Assembly (NCBI GenBank): GCA_016840855.1
Contig: JAEORO010000141.1
Coordinates: forward strand, 1-15,909
Direction: 5' to 3'
From: Candidatus Thorarchaeota archaeon
GTDB lineage: Archaea; Asgardarchaeota; Thorarchaeia; Thorarchaeales; Thorarchaeaceae
Length of the DNA: 15,909 bases
The position numbers and the translations under genes were made by a program. Below the pieces are notes generated by a model. That model was not told the DNA's origin and ran no database searches. It saw only the letters and a program-made list of their open reading frames with translations. Below, in pieces: positions 7,523-15,563 of this stretch (position 1 is the stretch's first letter; each line of letters starts with the position of its first letter).

Positions 7523-7948
7523 TTGATTGCTTTGAAACGTAAGAAGAAACGAGAAACCCTAGACGACGTATCGATTGATTCACTCCTCGACGACTTACTA
7601 AATGATGAAGTCACGCCGGAAACAAGACCAGCGGATGACCCCTGGAGTGAGGAATATCTTGCTAAGCTTCACAAGAAGGAAGCAAGAAGGACTATTGAGA
7701 GATATCGGAAACCCGGACCAATCAGCACAGAAGAACCTAAGTCAAGGTCAGAACAAACGATTGTGTCAGAGAAGATACCTCCGGTGAGGAAGTGCCAGAC
7801 CTGCTATTACAGTAACAAAGCCCGGAAAGTGGGAGGGTCCTGGTGGTGTCACTGTTCGAACCCTGGACGCTCTATAAAGAGTGAATTGCAGATGCGATCA
7901 TGGGTGAAGAGCAGACTGAATCTGCCCTGTTGGAAACTGCCTGACTGA
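7523..7948 (+). CDS. Hypothetical protein: charged disordered N-terminus plus C-terminal Cys cluster (probable Zn or Fe-S binding)
   Basis: 141-aa ORF filling the gap between iorB and the Rab fusion, with Cys pattern C-x2-C-x14-C-x-C-x24-C. Start is TTG 7523 or TTG 7532. Confidence 0.7.
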   Translation: MIALKRKKKRETLDDVSIDSLLDDLLNDEVTPETRPADDPWSEEYLAKLHKKEARRTIERYRKPGPISTEEPKSRSEQTIVSEKIPPVRKCQTCYYSNKARKVGGSWWCHCSNPGRSIKSELQMRSWVKSRLNLPCWKLPD

Positions 7949-7951
7949 AGC

Positions 7952-10255
7952 TCACATTTTCGACTTCTTGTCTTCCTGATGCTTGCGCGCCTCGCGCCAC
8001 ATGACCTCTGCGAGCACTGTGAACATGTCAGCTACACCCTCACCAGTCTTCGCCGAGGACTCCATGTAGAGGAATCCTTGGTCCTCAGCCCAGCGCTTCG
8101 CCTCATCAGAGGGAACTGCTCGGTCGGGCAGGTCGGTCTTGTTACCCACACAGACCATTGGCACACGCATCCCTATAGACTCGTCTGCCTCTTGGACCCA
8201 CTTCGACAGTTCTGTGAATGAACGACGTCGGGTGACATCAAACACCAAGATAATCCCCGCAGCTCCGGAGTAGTACATCTTACGCACTGCTTTGAAACGG
8301 GCTTGGCCTGCCACATCCCACGCCTGCAGCTTGATACCAGTAGCATACTCCTTATCGGGCGGTGAGATCTGCGTCAGTTTGACAGCGAACTGACTTCCAA
8401 TCGTTGTCTTGTAGTCTCGCTCAAACACACCGGTCACGTACCGATTCACGAGCGTTGTCTTCCCGACGGCACCCTCTCCGATGACCATCGTCTTAAACAG
8501 GAACTGATAGGAGTCTGGGGCGGTTCCCGGTTGTGGAGGTTTAGGTTTCCTGCTTCGAATTTCAGCGACAAGTTGACTCTCAACATCGGACACTACAGCA
8601 GCTGTAACGGTCTCTTGCGGAGTCGGCTCAGCTGCAAGAGCCTCAATATCATCAATCTCAGCCATGGCTGCACTTGTTTCTTCGGCACCAAAGAGCTGGT
8701 CAAGGAGCTCTTCTGCTGCTTTCAAGGAATCAGCACTGTCTTGAGCCATTGTGGTATGCAGAATCTCTGAGGCCTTATCTCGCATCTCAGACCCTGCAAA
8801 CCCTGTACCCACAACAGGACCGAATGGAGATGTCGCATCAGGTGGTTCATATGTTTCTGTAGGTTCCATAGTCACTGGTGCAATCGCAGCTGGAGCAGCC
8901 ACCGCAGCGCCTTCTTCGACAAGGATAGCGGTCTCTGGAGTGGTGACCTGTCTGACCTGACCAGCCGCGTCTGTCCACATCAGTACAATAGGTCGAACAA
9001 TTACGGTTCCCTCTTCCTTTGGAGTCATCTGAACCTCAACGCACTTGTTTTCTCCTGGAGCAAGGTCAAAACGCAGTTGTTGCGGATTCACATCCATGTG
9101 GTCTTTGGGGAACCAGTATATCTTGCCAGAAACACCATTGATAGGTTGGTCACTCACATTGTAGACAGTCACTTTTCCTCTGAGTTCTGCGCCAGTTTTA
9201 GTTTCGGGGCTCACTTCGAACTTAGGAATAATCTTGTAGAGACCCTCAAGCACCTTCAACGGACCATCGGAGACTCCGACCTGAACCTCTTTTCTACCGT
9301 CGCCTCCTGCATCTCCAACATTGATGGCAAGAATCTTCTTCCCAATGTCAACCGAGGCCAACTGTTTGAGGTCAGCCATGTGAAGGCTGTAAAAATTAAT
9401 CTTGAAGTCAGAAGTGGCGACAACGATCTCATCTTGATGGTCAGCGTTGAGCTCTTCAATCCGGATTGAGAGTGCCTTCACATTCTCAAGCTTTGAGAAC
9501 AAGTCCAATTTACTCTCTTCATTGCGGTATATACGAATAGAGCCATCATGTGTTACGACGCCAAGCTCCATCTTCCGGTCACCGAGTACATCACCTGCTG
9601 CCACAGAAATAACCGGGCTTGGCAGCTCGATGACTTCTATCTGATCTACTGAGTGATCTCGAACCTTAAACACTCGAAGGGTACGGTCTCGATTTCCTGT
9701 GACAATCTCTTCGATCTCATCACCAATAACGTCACAAGTTCCGATAGCGATGGGCATGTCCTCAAGTTTGTGATTCACAAACTGAGTGATTTTGTTAGCA
9801 TTGTCCATCTGGAGAATTCTCAAGGTGGAGTCACTACCACCAACCATAATCTCGTTCTTCTCATCACCTGTCACGTCGGTGACATAGACCGCTGTGACAA
9901 AGCGATCGACTGGAAACTGAGCTAAAAGTTCGAGTTGTCCACTAGGTGCATAACGGTAGACTTGGACTGTCCCAGCCTCTCCTGGTTTCTCTCCAGGTCC
10001 TATAGCACGGCCAACTACGAGCTCCATTTGTCCATCGTTATTTGCATCAGCAATCTTGATGGAGAGAATACTACCTCCCACATCATGCTGAGCCAGAAAT
10101 GCTATCTCACTCCTATTAGCATCATAAAGACGGAGGACTCCGTCACGTCCGCCTGTACATAATTCAGCGGTACCATTCCCCGTAACATCTCCAACTGCGA
10201 TAGCGCTCGTACTCTCGTCGTCTTCTATTTGGAACAGAACTTTTGGTGAACCCAA
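7952..10255 (-). CDS. FG-GAP-type 7-blade beta-propeller + Ig-like beta-sandwich + low-complexity linker + Rab-like small GTPase fusion
   Basis: Seven ~48-aa repeats with D-x-x-G-D-x-x-x-E loops (aa 23, 70, 127, 175, 222, 268, 315). Beta-sandwich at aa ~340-447 (VTVYN...LAPGE...TP...G). GTPase at aa ~583-755 with GEGAVGKT, TTIG, WDVAGQ, NKTD and SAK. TTG start with GGAAGG upstream. Confidence 0.88.
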   Translation of the reverse strand: MGSPKVLFQIEDDESTSAIAVGDVTGNGTAELCTGGRDGVLRLYDANRSEIAFLAQHDVGGSILSIKIADANNDGQMELVVGRAIGPGEKPGEAGTVQVYRYAPSGQLELLAQFPVDRFVTAVYVTDVTGDEKNEIMVGGSDSTLRILQMDNANKITQFVNHKLEDMPIAIGTCDVIGDEIEEIVTGNRDRTLRVFKVRDHSVDQIEVIELPSPVISVAAGDVLGDRKMELGVVTHDGSIRIYRNEESKLDLFSKLENVKALSIRIEELNADHQDEIVVATSDFKINFYSLHMADLKQLASVDIGKKILAINVGDAGGDGRKEVQVGVSDGPLKVLEGLYKIIPKFEVSPETKTGAELRGKVTVYNVSDQPINGVSGKIYWFPKDHMDVNPQQLRFDLAPGENKCVEVQMTPKEEGTVIVRPIVLMWTDAAGQVRQVTTPETAILVEEGAAVAAPAAIAPVTMEPTETYEPPDATSPFGPVVGTGFAGSEMRDKASEILHTTMAQDSADSLKAAEELLDQLFGAEETSAAMAEIDDIEALAAEPTPQETVTAAVVSDVESQLVAEIRSRKPKPPQPGTAPDSYQFLFKTMVIGEGAVGKTTLVNRYVTGVFERDYKTTIGSQFAVKLTQISPPDKEYATGIKLQAWDVAGQARFKAVRKMYYSGAAGIILVFDVTRRRSFTELSKWVQEADESIGMRVPMVCVGNKTDLPDRAVPSDEAKRWAEDQGFLYMESSAKTGEGVADMFTVLAEVMWREARKHQEDKKSKM

Positions 10256-10438
10256 GTCAGCAACCTTCCTGTTGATATTGGCATTTATGGTATTAACTGT
10301 ATTTTCAGTTCTAAGTACAGCTAATGATTGAATCAGGGGCCTTTTTTTACTTTGTTGGGTCGGCCTCTACCTTGCATTTACGTGTCGACAGCATAGCATT
10401 TAACAGATTGATGGTTTCAAATCCCCTTGGTTCAAACA

Positions 10439-11236
10439 ATGCCTAAGCTCTCAGTTCGAGATATCTCAAAATCATACCCAAATGATGACTCAGGAGAAGT
10501 AGAAGTTCTTGATGGCATCTCTTTTGATGTTCATGATGGTGATCTTCTATGCTTAGTTGGACCGAGCGGATGTGGAAAAACCACACTACTGAAAATCATT
10601 GCCGGACTCTTGGAACCTGATGTGGGCAGGGTATTCATAGATGATGAAGAAGTTCGAGCAGGACACAACAGAGTAGGATATATCTTTCAGCAAGAGTCGC
10701 TGTTCCCTTGGAGGACAGTCAGACAAAACATCCGGTTTGGACTTGAAATTGCGAACGTCGATAAAACAGAGATGAATGTAAGAGTTGATGAAATCATTGA
10801 GATTGTGGGGATGGAAGGTCTCGAAGACAACTATCCTCACGAGATTTCTGGAGGACAAGCGAGAAAGACAGAGATGGCTCGAAGTCTAGTAGTATCGCCA
10901 GATATTCTGGTCGCTGATGAGGCATTCTCCAATTTAGATGCACAGACACGGAATTACCTTCAGGAGGAATTCTTAAGGATACAGAAAAGAACAGGATCAA
11001 CGATTGTCTTTGTTACTCATAATGTTGATGAAGCTGTCTTCATGGCTGACCACATTCTGATGATGAGTAATATTCCTGCAAAAATTCTGAAAGAGTACAA
11101 GATTGATATTCAAAAACCGAGGGTTAGGACATCACCAGAGTGTCTGGCATATCGTAGTGACATCCTTAGTCTTCTTAAAATTGAACAGGAGAAAGCAATG
11201 AGTCAGGCTAGACAGAAACAGTCTGCCTCCACTTGA
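10439..11236 (+). CDS. ABC transporter ATP-binding subunit, NitT/TauT (TauB/SsuB/NrtD-like) family
   Basis: Walker A GPSGCGKTT, IFQQESLFPWRTV, signature ISGGQ, Walker B ILVADEAFSNLD, and FVTHNVDEAVFMAD. ATG 10439; the alternative start is TTG 10427. Confidence 0.92.
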   Translation: MPKLSVRDISKSYPNDDSGEVEVLDGISFDVHDGDLLCLVGPSGCGKTTLLKIIAGLLEPDVGRVFIDDEEVRAGHNRVGYIFQQESLFPWRTVRQNIRFGLEIANVDKTEMNVRVDEIIEIVGMEGLEDNYPHEISGGQARKTEMARSLVVSPDILVADEAFSNLDAQTRNYLQEEFLRIQKRTGSTIVFVTHNVDEAVFMADHILMMSNIPAKILKEYKIDIQKPRVRTSPECLAYRSDILSLLKIEQEKAMSQARQKQSAST

Positions 11237-12038
11237 GCAAACGTTTCTCGATGAAGAAGAAGAAGAATGTGATGAGGAATCCAATAAGGCCAATGAGAAG
11301 CATGCTTACTATCACAGCGCCTGTACGGCCAATCTGTTGCATGATAAGAACAAGGTAGCCAAGACCAAGACCGCCCCCAATCATCTCTGCCGCAACAAGA
11401 CACATCCAGCCAATCCCGAAGCCAATCCTAAGACCAGCGAATATTTCAGGCCCAGCAGAAGGCACGACAACCTTGGATAAGATTTGGAGCTCACTTGCAC
11501 CAAAAGTCTTTGCTGAGTCTATGTGAACAGGTTCTGTTCTCTTCACACCAGTTGTTGTATTAGTGAGAATGGGGAAGAACGCACCAACCCAGATGATGAA
11601 CACCTGTGCTCCTAGCATGTTTCTGTAGAACATTAGGATGGCTAGGGGAATCCAAGCAATAGGAGGAATTGGTCGCATGGCTTCAACAACAGGACCAAGA
11701 ACCGAGTCGATAAGGCGATATCGTCCGATAGCAATACCAAGAGGGATTGCTGTTGCCATAGCAAAAGCGAAACCAATTACGACTCGTGTAAGACTCATTC
11801 TCACATGGTCAATTAGGAAGTAGCCTTCACTGTCACCTACAGTGACTAGTTGGATAAATGCAGTAAAAACCTCCTCTAATGACGACCTAGAAATTGTGGA
11901 AATGAGATGCCACAGGAGAATAATTAGTAAAACAGGAAGAACAATCCTAAGAAAAATGGTCCTAGATATATGATTCAAAGACTTCTGCTCATCTGGAATT
12001 TTCCCGGGCGATTCACTCGAATTTTCTATCGTAGACAT
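11208..12038 (-). CDS. ABC transporter permease, NitT/TauT (TauC/SsuC-like) family
   Basis: About six hydrophobic segments, RPIPPIAWIPL, the EAA-type loop DSAKTFGA, and WMCLVAAEMIG..GLG. ATG 12038; the alternative start is TTG 12047. Confidence 0.92.
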   Translation of the reverse strand: MSTIENSSESPGKIPDEQKSLNHISRTIFLRIVLPVLLIILLWHLISTISRSSLEEVFTAFIQLVTVGDSEGYFLIDHVRMSLTRVVIGFAFAMATAIPLGIAIGRYRLIDSVLGPVVEAMRPIPPIAWIPLAILMFYRNMLGAQVFIIWVGAFFPILTNTTTGVKRTEPVHIDSAKTFGASELQILSKVVVPSAGPEIFAGLRIGFGIGWMCLVAAEMIGGGLGLGYLVLIMQQIGRTGAVIVSMLLIGLIGFLITFFFFFIEKRLLKWRQTVSV

Positions 12039-12086
12039 TCTTCTCAAATAGGTTTGATTTTGTCTTACTTTTCTGTCTGTCGTTTT

Positions 12087-13082
12087 CTAACAACAAAGAA
12101 GAGGATCCTCAATGTATGTTGAATTAATGAAACCATCAAGGAATTGTGAAATACTAGACGGTACATTAATGATCAAATCTTGTGAGATGAGGAAATTCAA
12201 GTACATCTCGATGCCAGTGACGTTTACATTATAATCGAAAATTACCCGATTGAAGGCTGTTGTGACAGGTGTTTCATCCATTTCAAGCCAGTCAATGGCA
12301 ATCGCGATAGCTTCAGTTGGATGTGTAACAATCCAATCAGATGCCTCTTGGTGAATCTGTACAACTTCTTCAACAATGTCAGGATGATTTGAAATGAATG
12401 TATTTTCAGCTGCAACAACACAACAAGGATGTCTGGGCCAAATATCGCCAGATAATACCAATGGCACTGCTTTATTCTGATATTCAGCCAATGCATTGAA
12501 AGGTTCCCATGCAATGAACGCTGGGTCCTCTGGTGTTAGGGAATCGGCCATGGTGGAAATTGATGTTGTTGACCGAGGGATTATGTCATCGTAGCTCAAA
12601 CCAGACTGATTGAGAGCTAATCGAAGAAGGAAATTTTGAACAGTAGATGGTCCAGGTTGATACACCCCTTTACCGAAGAGGTCCGAAATGCTTGTCACAT
12701 GGCCAGCATCAAATTCTGACTTTAAAACCATGATTGCTGAACCTTCCAAGTTTGCTGCTGCTAATATTGTAATCATGATGTCTTGGTTCAGACGTTTAGT
12801 AAGAGCTGGAGCTACCCCCAAATACCCCATATCGATTTGACCACCAGCGAATCCATCCATCTCTTGAGCCCCATTTCCATATTGTACTAATTCAACAACA
12901 ATCCCTTCTCTTTCAAAATATCCATTTTCAAGAGCCACTCTGAGCGCAAGCTGGTGAATGTCTTTTGAGAGATAACCAATTCTAACATCAGGTGCAGGGG
13001 CGGGATTCCAGAACGCTACTAATGCAATAGACCCTAGTATAATCATAGTGATGCCAATTGCAGCAACATGATTTCGTTCCAT
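12087..13082 (-). CDS. ABC transporter substrate-binding protein, NMT1/SsuA/NrtA-like
   Basis: N-terminal hydrophobic anchor, VRIGYL, GYFEREGI, IDMGYLGVAPA, AWEPF and HPCCVV. GAGGT lies upstream of the ATG. Confidence 0.9.
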   Translation of the reverse strand: MERNHVAAIGITMIILGSIALVAFWNPAPAPDVRIGYLSKDIHQLALRVALENGYFEREGIVVELVQYGNGAQEMDGFAGGQIDMGYLGVAPALTKRLNQDIMITILAAANLEGSAIMVLKSEFDAGHVTSISDLFGKGVYQPGPSTVQNFLLRLALNQSGLSYDDIIPRSTTSISTMADSLTPEDPAFIAWEPFNALAEYQNKAVPLVLSGDIWPRHPCCVVAAENTFISNHPDIVEEVVQIHQEASDWIVTHPTEAIAIAIDWLEMDETPVTTAFNRVIFDYNVNVTGIEMYLNFLISQDLIINVPSSISQFLDGFINSTYIEDPLLCC

Positions 13083-13186
13083 AGCTGGATTACCTCAATT
13101 AACCATCTTTTGAAGCGTATTTTAGGGTTGAGTTTTAGGATTCTCATTCCATCAAATTGATTAGTTCGGAGTTGTATTCCGATGAC

Positions 13187-13561
13187 ATGTCACTCCGAGA
13201 CCGTATCCCTAACCAACTAAAGATAGGGAACGAAGTGATTGCGATAACAATAGAAGATGACATAGCGGTTTATCCAACAAGTGACTACATCCTCCTTGAG
13301 ATATCGCATAATGCCGGGAAAGTTAACATACCCAAAGTCGCAAACACACTTCGAGGTCTAGTTAAGGATGAAAAACAGCTAGTAGCAATTCGTGGTTTTG
13401 GGTTCAAGGGAATCGGACTTGCTGTTCGGGTTGCACATGAATTAAAGGTTCGAGAAAGTAAGTTTGAGTATCAGATGACTTTTGACACATTTGATGCTAC
13501 TGATCCAAAAACTGAACGACCAGTGACCAGTGTTCAAATCATAATCATGCCTCCTGAATGA
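13187..13561 (+). CDS. Divergent Alba-superfamily nucleic-acid-binding protein with N-terminal extension
   Basis: VAIRGFGFKGIGLAVRVAHELK aligns by eye with Alba V.IKARGRAISKAVDVAE, and ERPVTSVQIII with Alba ..NVSTIEIVL. ATG 13187; the alternative start is TTG 13157. Confidence 0.65.
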   Translation: MSLRDRIPNQLKIGNEVIAITIEDDIAVYPTSDYILLEISHNAGKVNIPKVANTLRGLVKDEKQLVAIRGFGFKGIGLAVRVAHELKVRESKFEYQMTFDTFDATDPKTERPVTSVQIIIMPPE

Positions 13562-13580
13562 GTATGCGTGGAAGTGGAAC

Positions 13581-14174
13581 ATGATGGATGAAGACAAAAA
13601 GAGTCCATCAATACTAAACGTGAAGCTATCCAAGATTCGTTTCCCTGAGATTTGTCCCGTCTGTTTAGAAGAGCCTGAAGATCTTGTTTTTGTGACAATC
13701 ACAGAGAAACTGCATGATGATTATCTATCGAGTTCTTGGATGAAACAGGAGGACAAACTGTCAGTTGCACTCAATGCTGCAAAAGGTGCTGCAACTTTCG
13801 CAATCCCCACCTGCATGAAACATGGTAGTAAGAGCGTACGTTCATTAAAAACAAAATTAATTGCAGCAATTGGTTTTTTTATCTTATTTTACCCAATTTT
13901 GTTCTTCCTTCTCCAAATCAACATCGCTTTGAACTATTCTCGCCCCTTGTTACCACCACTGCTAGGTTTCCTAGCTGTGTCAATGCTACTCATTCTAATG
14001 CTGTTTTATGGTTTGATTCCAAGAGCCTTAGAAAGAGCTGTTCGTTTTCAACATGTAAGCCGAACAAGGGACTCAGTTTTACTATCATTCTCTAACTCAG
14101 AGTATCAAAAGCGTTTTGTAGAGCTCAATGAAATGAATGTAGATATTCAATATGATGCAAAATCCAAGTCTTAG
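13581..14174 (+). CDS. Hypothetical membrane protein with a putative Zn site and two TM helices
   Basis: FPEICPVC ... IPTCMKH (three Cys plus His), followed by two long hydrophobic helices and a short cytoplasmic tail (FSNSEY..RF..LN). Confidence 0.75.
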   Translation: MMDEDKKSPSILNVKLSKIRFPEICPVCLEEPEDLVFVTITEKLHDDYLSSSWMKQEDKLSVALNAAKGAATFAIPTCMKHGSKSVRSLKTKLIAAIGFFILFYPILFFLLQINIALNYSRPLLPPLLGFLAVSMLLILMLFYGLIPRALERAVRFQHVSRTRDSVLLSFSNSEYQKRFVELNEMNVDIQYDAKSKS

Positions 14175-14244
14175 GATTAGTGCATTGGTAACCTTCAAGT
14201 GGGGTCATTACTACGCAAAGAATAGGTTATTGGAGGAATTTGAC

Positions 14245-15459
14245 CTGAGAAGGAAGCCTGCTATAGTGGTTTCAATAATGCTGTTAGTCTTACTTTTATC
14301 AACAGCGGCAAGTATTTTATTTCCATCAAATCAATCCAGTTTCAATTTCATTAAAGTGGATCCCAAAGGAGAATTCACGAATGCACAGTACCAAGACCGT
14401 GACCCTTTCATTATTTCGAGTAACTTGGACTTTGTCGCATTGGGTGCATCCGGAGTAGGAACGCCCTCAGACCCTTACACATTTGAGAATCTGCAAATCG
14501 CAGACCCCGAAAGTTGCATTCTTATTCGGAACACAACTGCCTACTTTGTAATCTTGAATTGTTACTTGGAATCAGGTAATACAGATTCTACGATTATATT
14601 TGAGAATGTAGAAAATGGCCGAGTGGAACAGTGCAAGATTGTTGGTGGCTCAAGTGGAATCGAACTCTCTAACACACAGGATTGTATCATTGAAGAGAAC
14701 ATTATCTTCGATGGCTGGATGGGAATTTTTCTTCACTATACTTCCACATGTACAGTCATCAATAATAGAATCCACGATAATGACAAAGGCATAGTCTTCA
14801 CTCAGTCAGACTATTGCGTAATACTCAACAACACAATCTATTCAAACCAACGACATGGGATTGAAATTGCCTTTGACTCGTATAACAACTCTGTCTATGG
14901 GAACTCAATTGGTTGGAACGATGCCGGGGGATTTGAAGATGAAAATGCATTTGATAGTGGCGAGAATAATACCTTTGATGATGGAGTAGATATTGGTAAC
15001 TTGTGGTCTGATTACAACGGGTCGGAGATCTATGTTGTTCCGGGAGGTGCAGGTTCTACAGACCAGTTTGCTCAACTATTAGAGGATACTGTGAATCCTG
15101 GGGTTCTCTCACTCACTGATATCGCAATTGATGTTGATTCAATTGGCAACGAATTGACATGGACAGTTTATGATCTATATCCTTCATACTATGTCATTGA
15201 ACAAGATGAGCAGCAAATAGTTCGTGCTACTTGGGAGGGAAGAGAAGTATCGTATGGCCTCGACCACCTTCAGGTAGGGGCACATTCAATAACGCTCATA
15301 TTAATCGATGGTGCAGGAAATACAGCATCAGATGGTGTCTTCGTAACAGTCATTTCTTTTATTTTGGGAGGCATAGGAACTGAGTTTGTAATGTTTGCTT
15401 CAGGTATCACTGTTGCTTGTTTTGTGATTATTGTGATTTTCATAAAGAAAGTTACTTAG
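14245..15459 (+). CDS. Secreted, membrane-anchored NosD/right-handed beta-helix surface protein with Ig-like domain
   Basis: Signal peptide RRKPAIVVSIMLLVLLLSTAAS, GTPSDPYTFENL cap, repeated GI.L..S..C.I.NN.I..N turns, GNLWSDY, an Ig-like D..P...W...D.AGN segment and a C-terminal TM helix followed by KK. Start is uncertain: CTG 14245 after GGAGG is preferred; TTG 14230 and ATG 14152 are alternatives. Confidence 0.82.
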   Translation: MRRKPAIVVSIMLLVLLLSTAASILFPSNQSSFNFIKVDPKGEFTNAQYQDRDPFIISSNLDFVALGASGVGTPSDPYTFENLQIADPESCILIRNTTAYFVILNCYLESGNTDSTIIFENVENGRVEQCKIVGGSSGIELSNTQDCIIEENIIFDGWMGIFLHYTSTCTVINNRIHDNDKGIVFTQSDYCVILNNTIYSNQRHGIEIAFDSYNNSVYGNSIGWNDAGGFEDENAFDSGENNTFDDGVDIGNLWSDYNGSEIYVVPGGAGSTDQFAQLLEDTVNPGVLSLTDIAIDVDSIGNELTWTVYDLYPSYYVIEQDEQQIVRATWEGREVSYGLDHLQVGAHSITLILIDGAGNTASDGVFVTVISFILGGIGTEFVMFASGITVACFVIIVIFIKKVT

Positions 15460-15563
15460 CAAAGAATATAGATTATGAAACTTGAGCAGTTCGAAGCTAT
15501 TCTTCTTGTGGATTGTAGGAGATTAAAAATCCAAAGTACAGGTGGTATCAAGAGGTTACAGAC

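Noticed and set aside
9242-10255. Integrin-alpha or extracellular adhesin call for the FG-GAP repeats
   Set aside because: There is no signal peptide or TM segment, and the repeats are fused to a cytoplasmic GTPase.
10336-10369. AGGGGCC/GGCCTCT inverted repeat around a T-run in the Rab/ABC intergenic region
   Set aside because: The stem is short with a large loop and lies between divergent genes, so a terminator role is unlikely. Too weak to call.
14152-14244. ATG 14152 start for the first beta-helix protein
   Set aside because: It overlaps the upstream gene and adds 31 residues before an otherwise typical signal peptide; the SD motif points to 14245.
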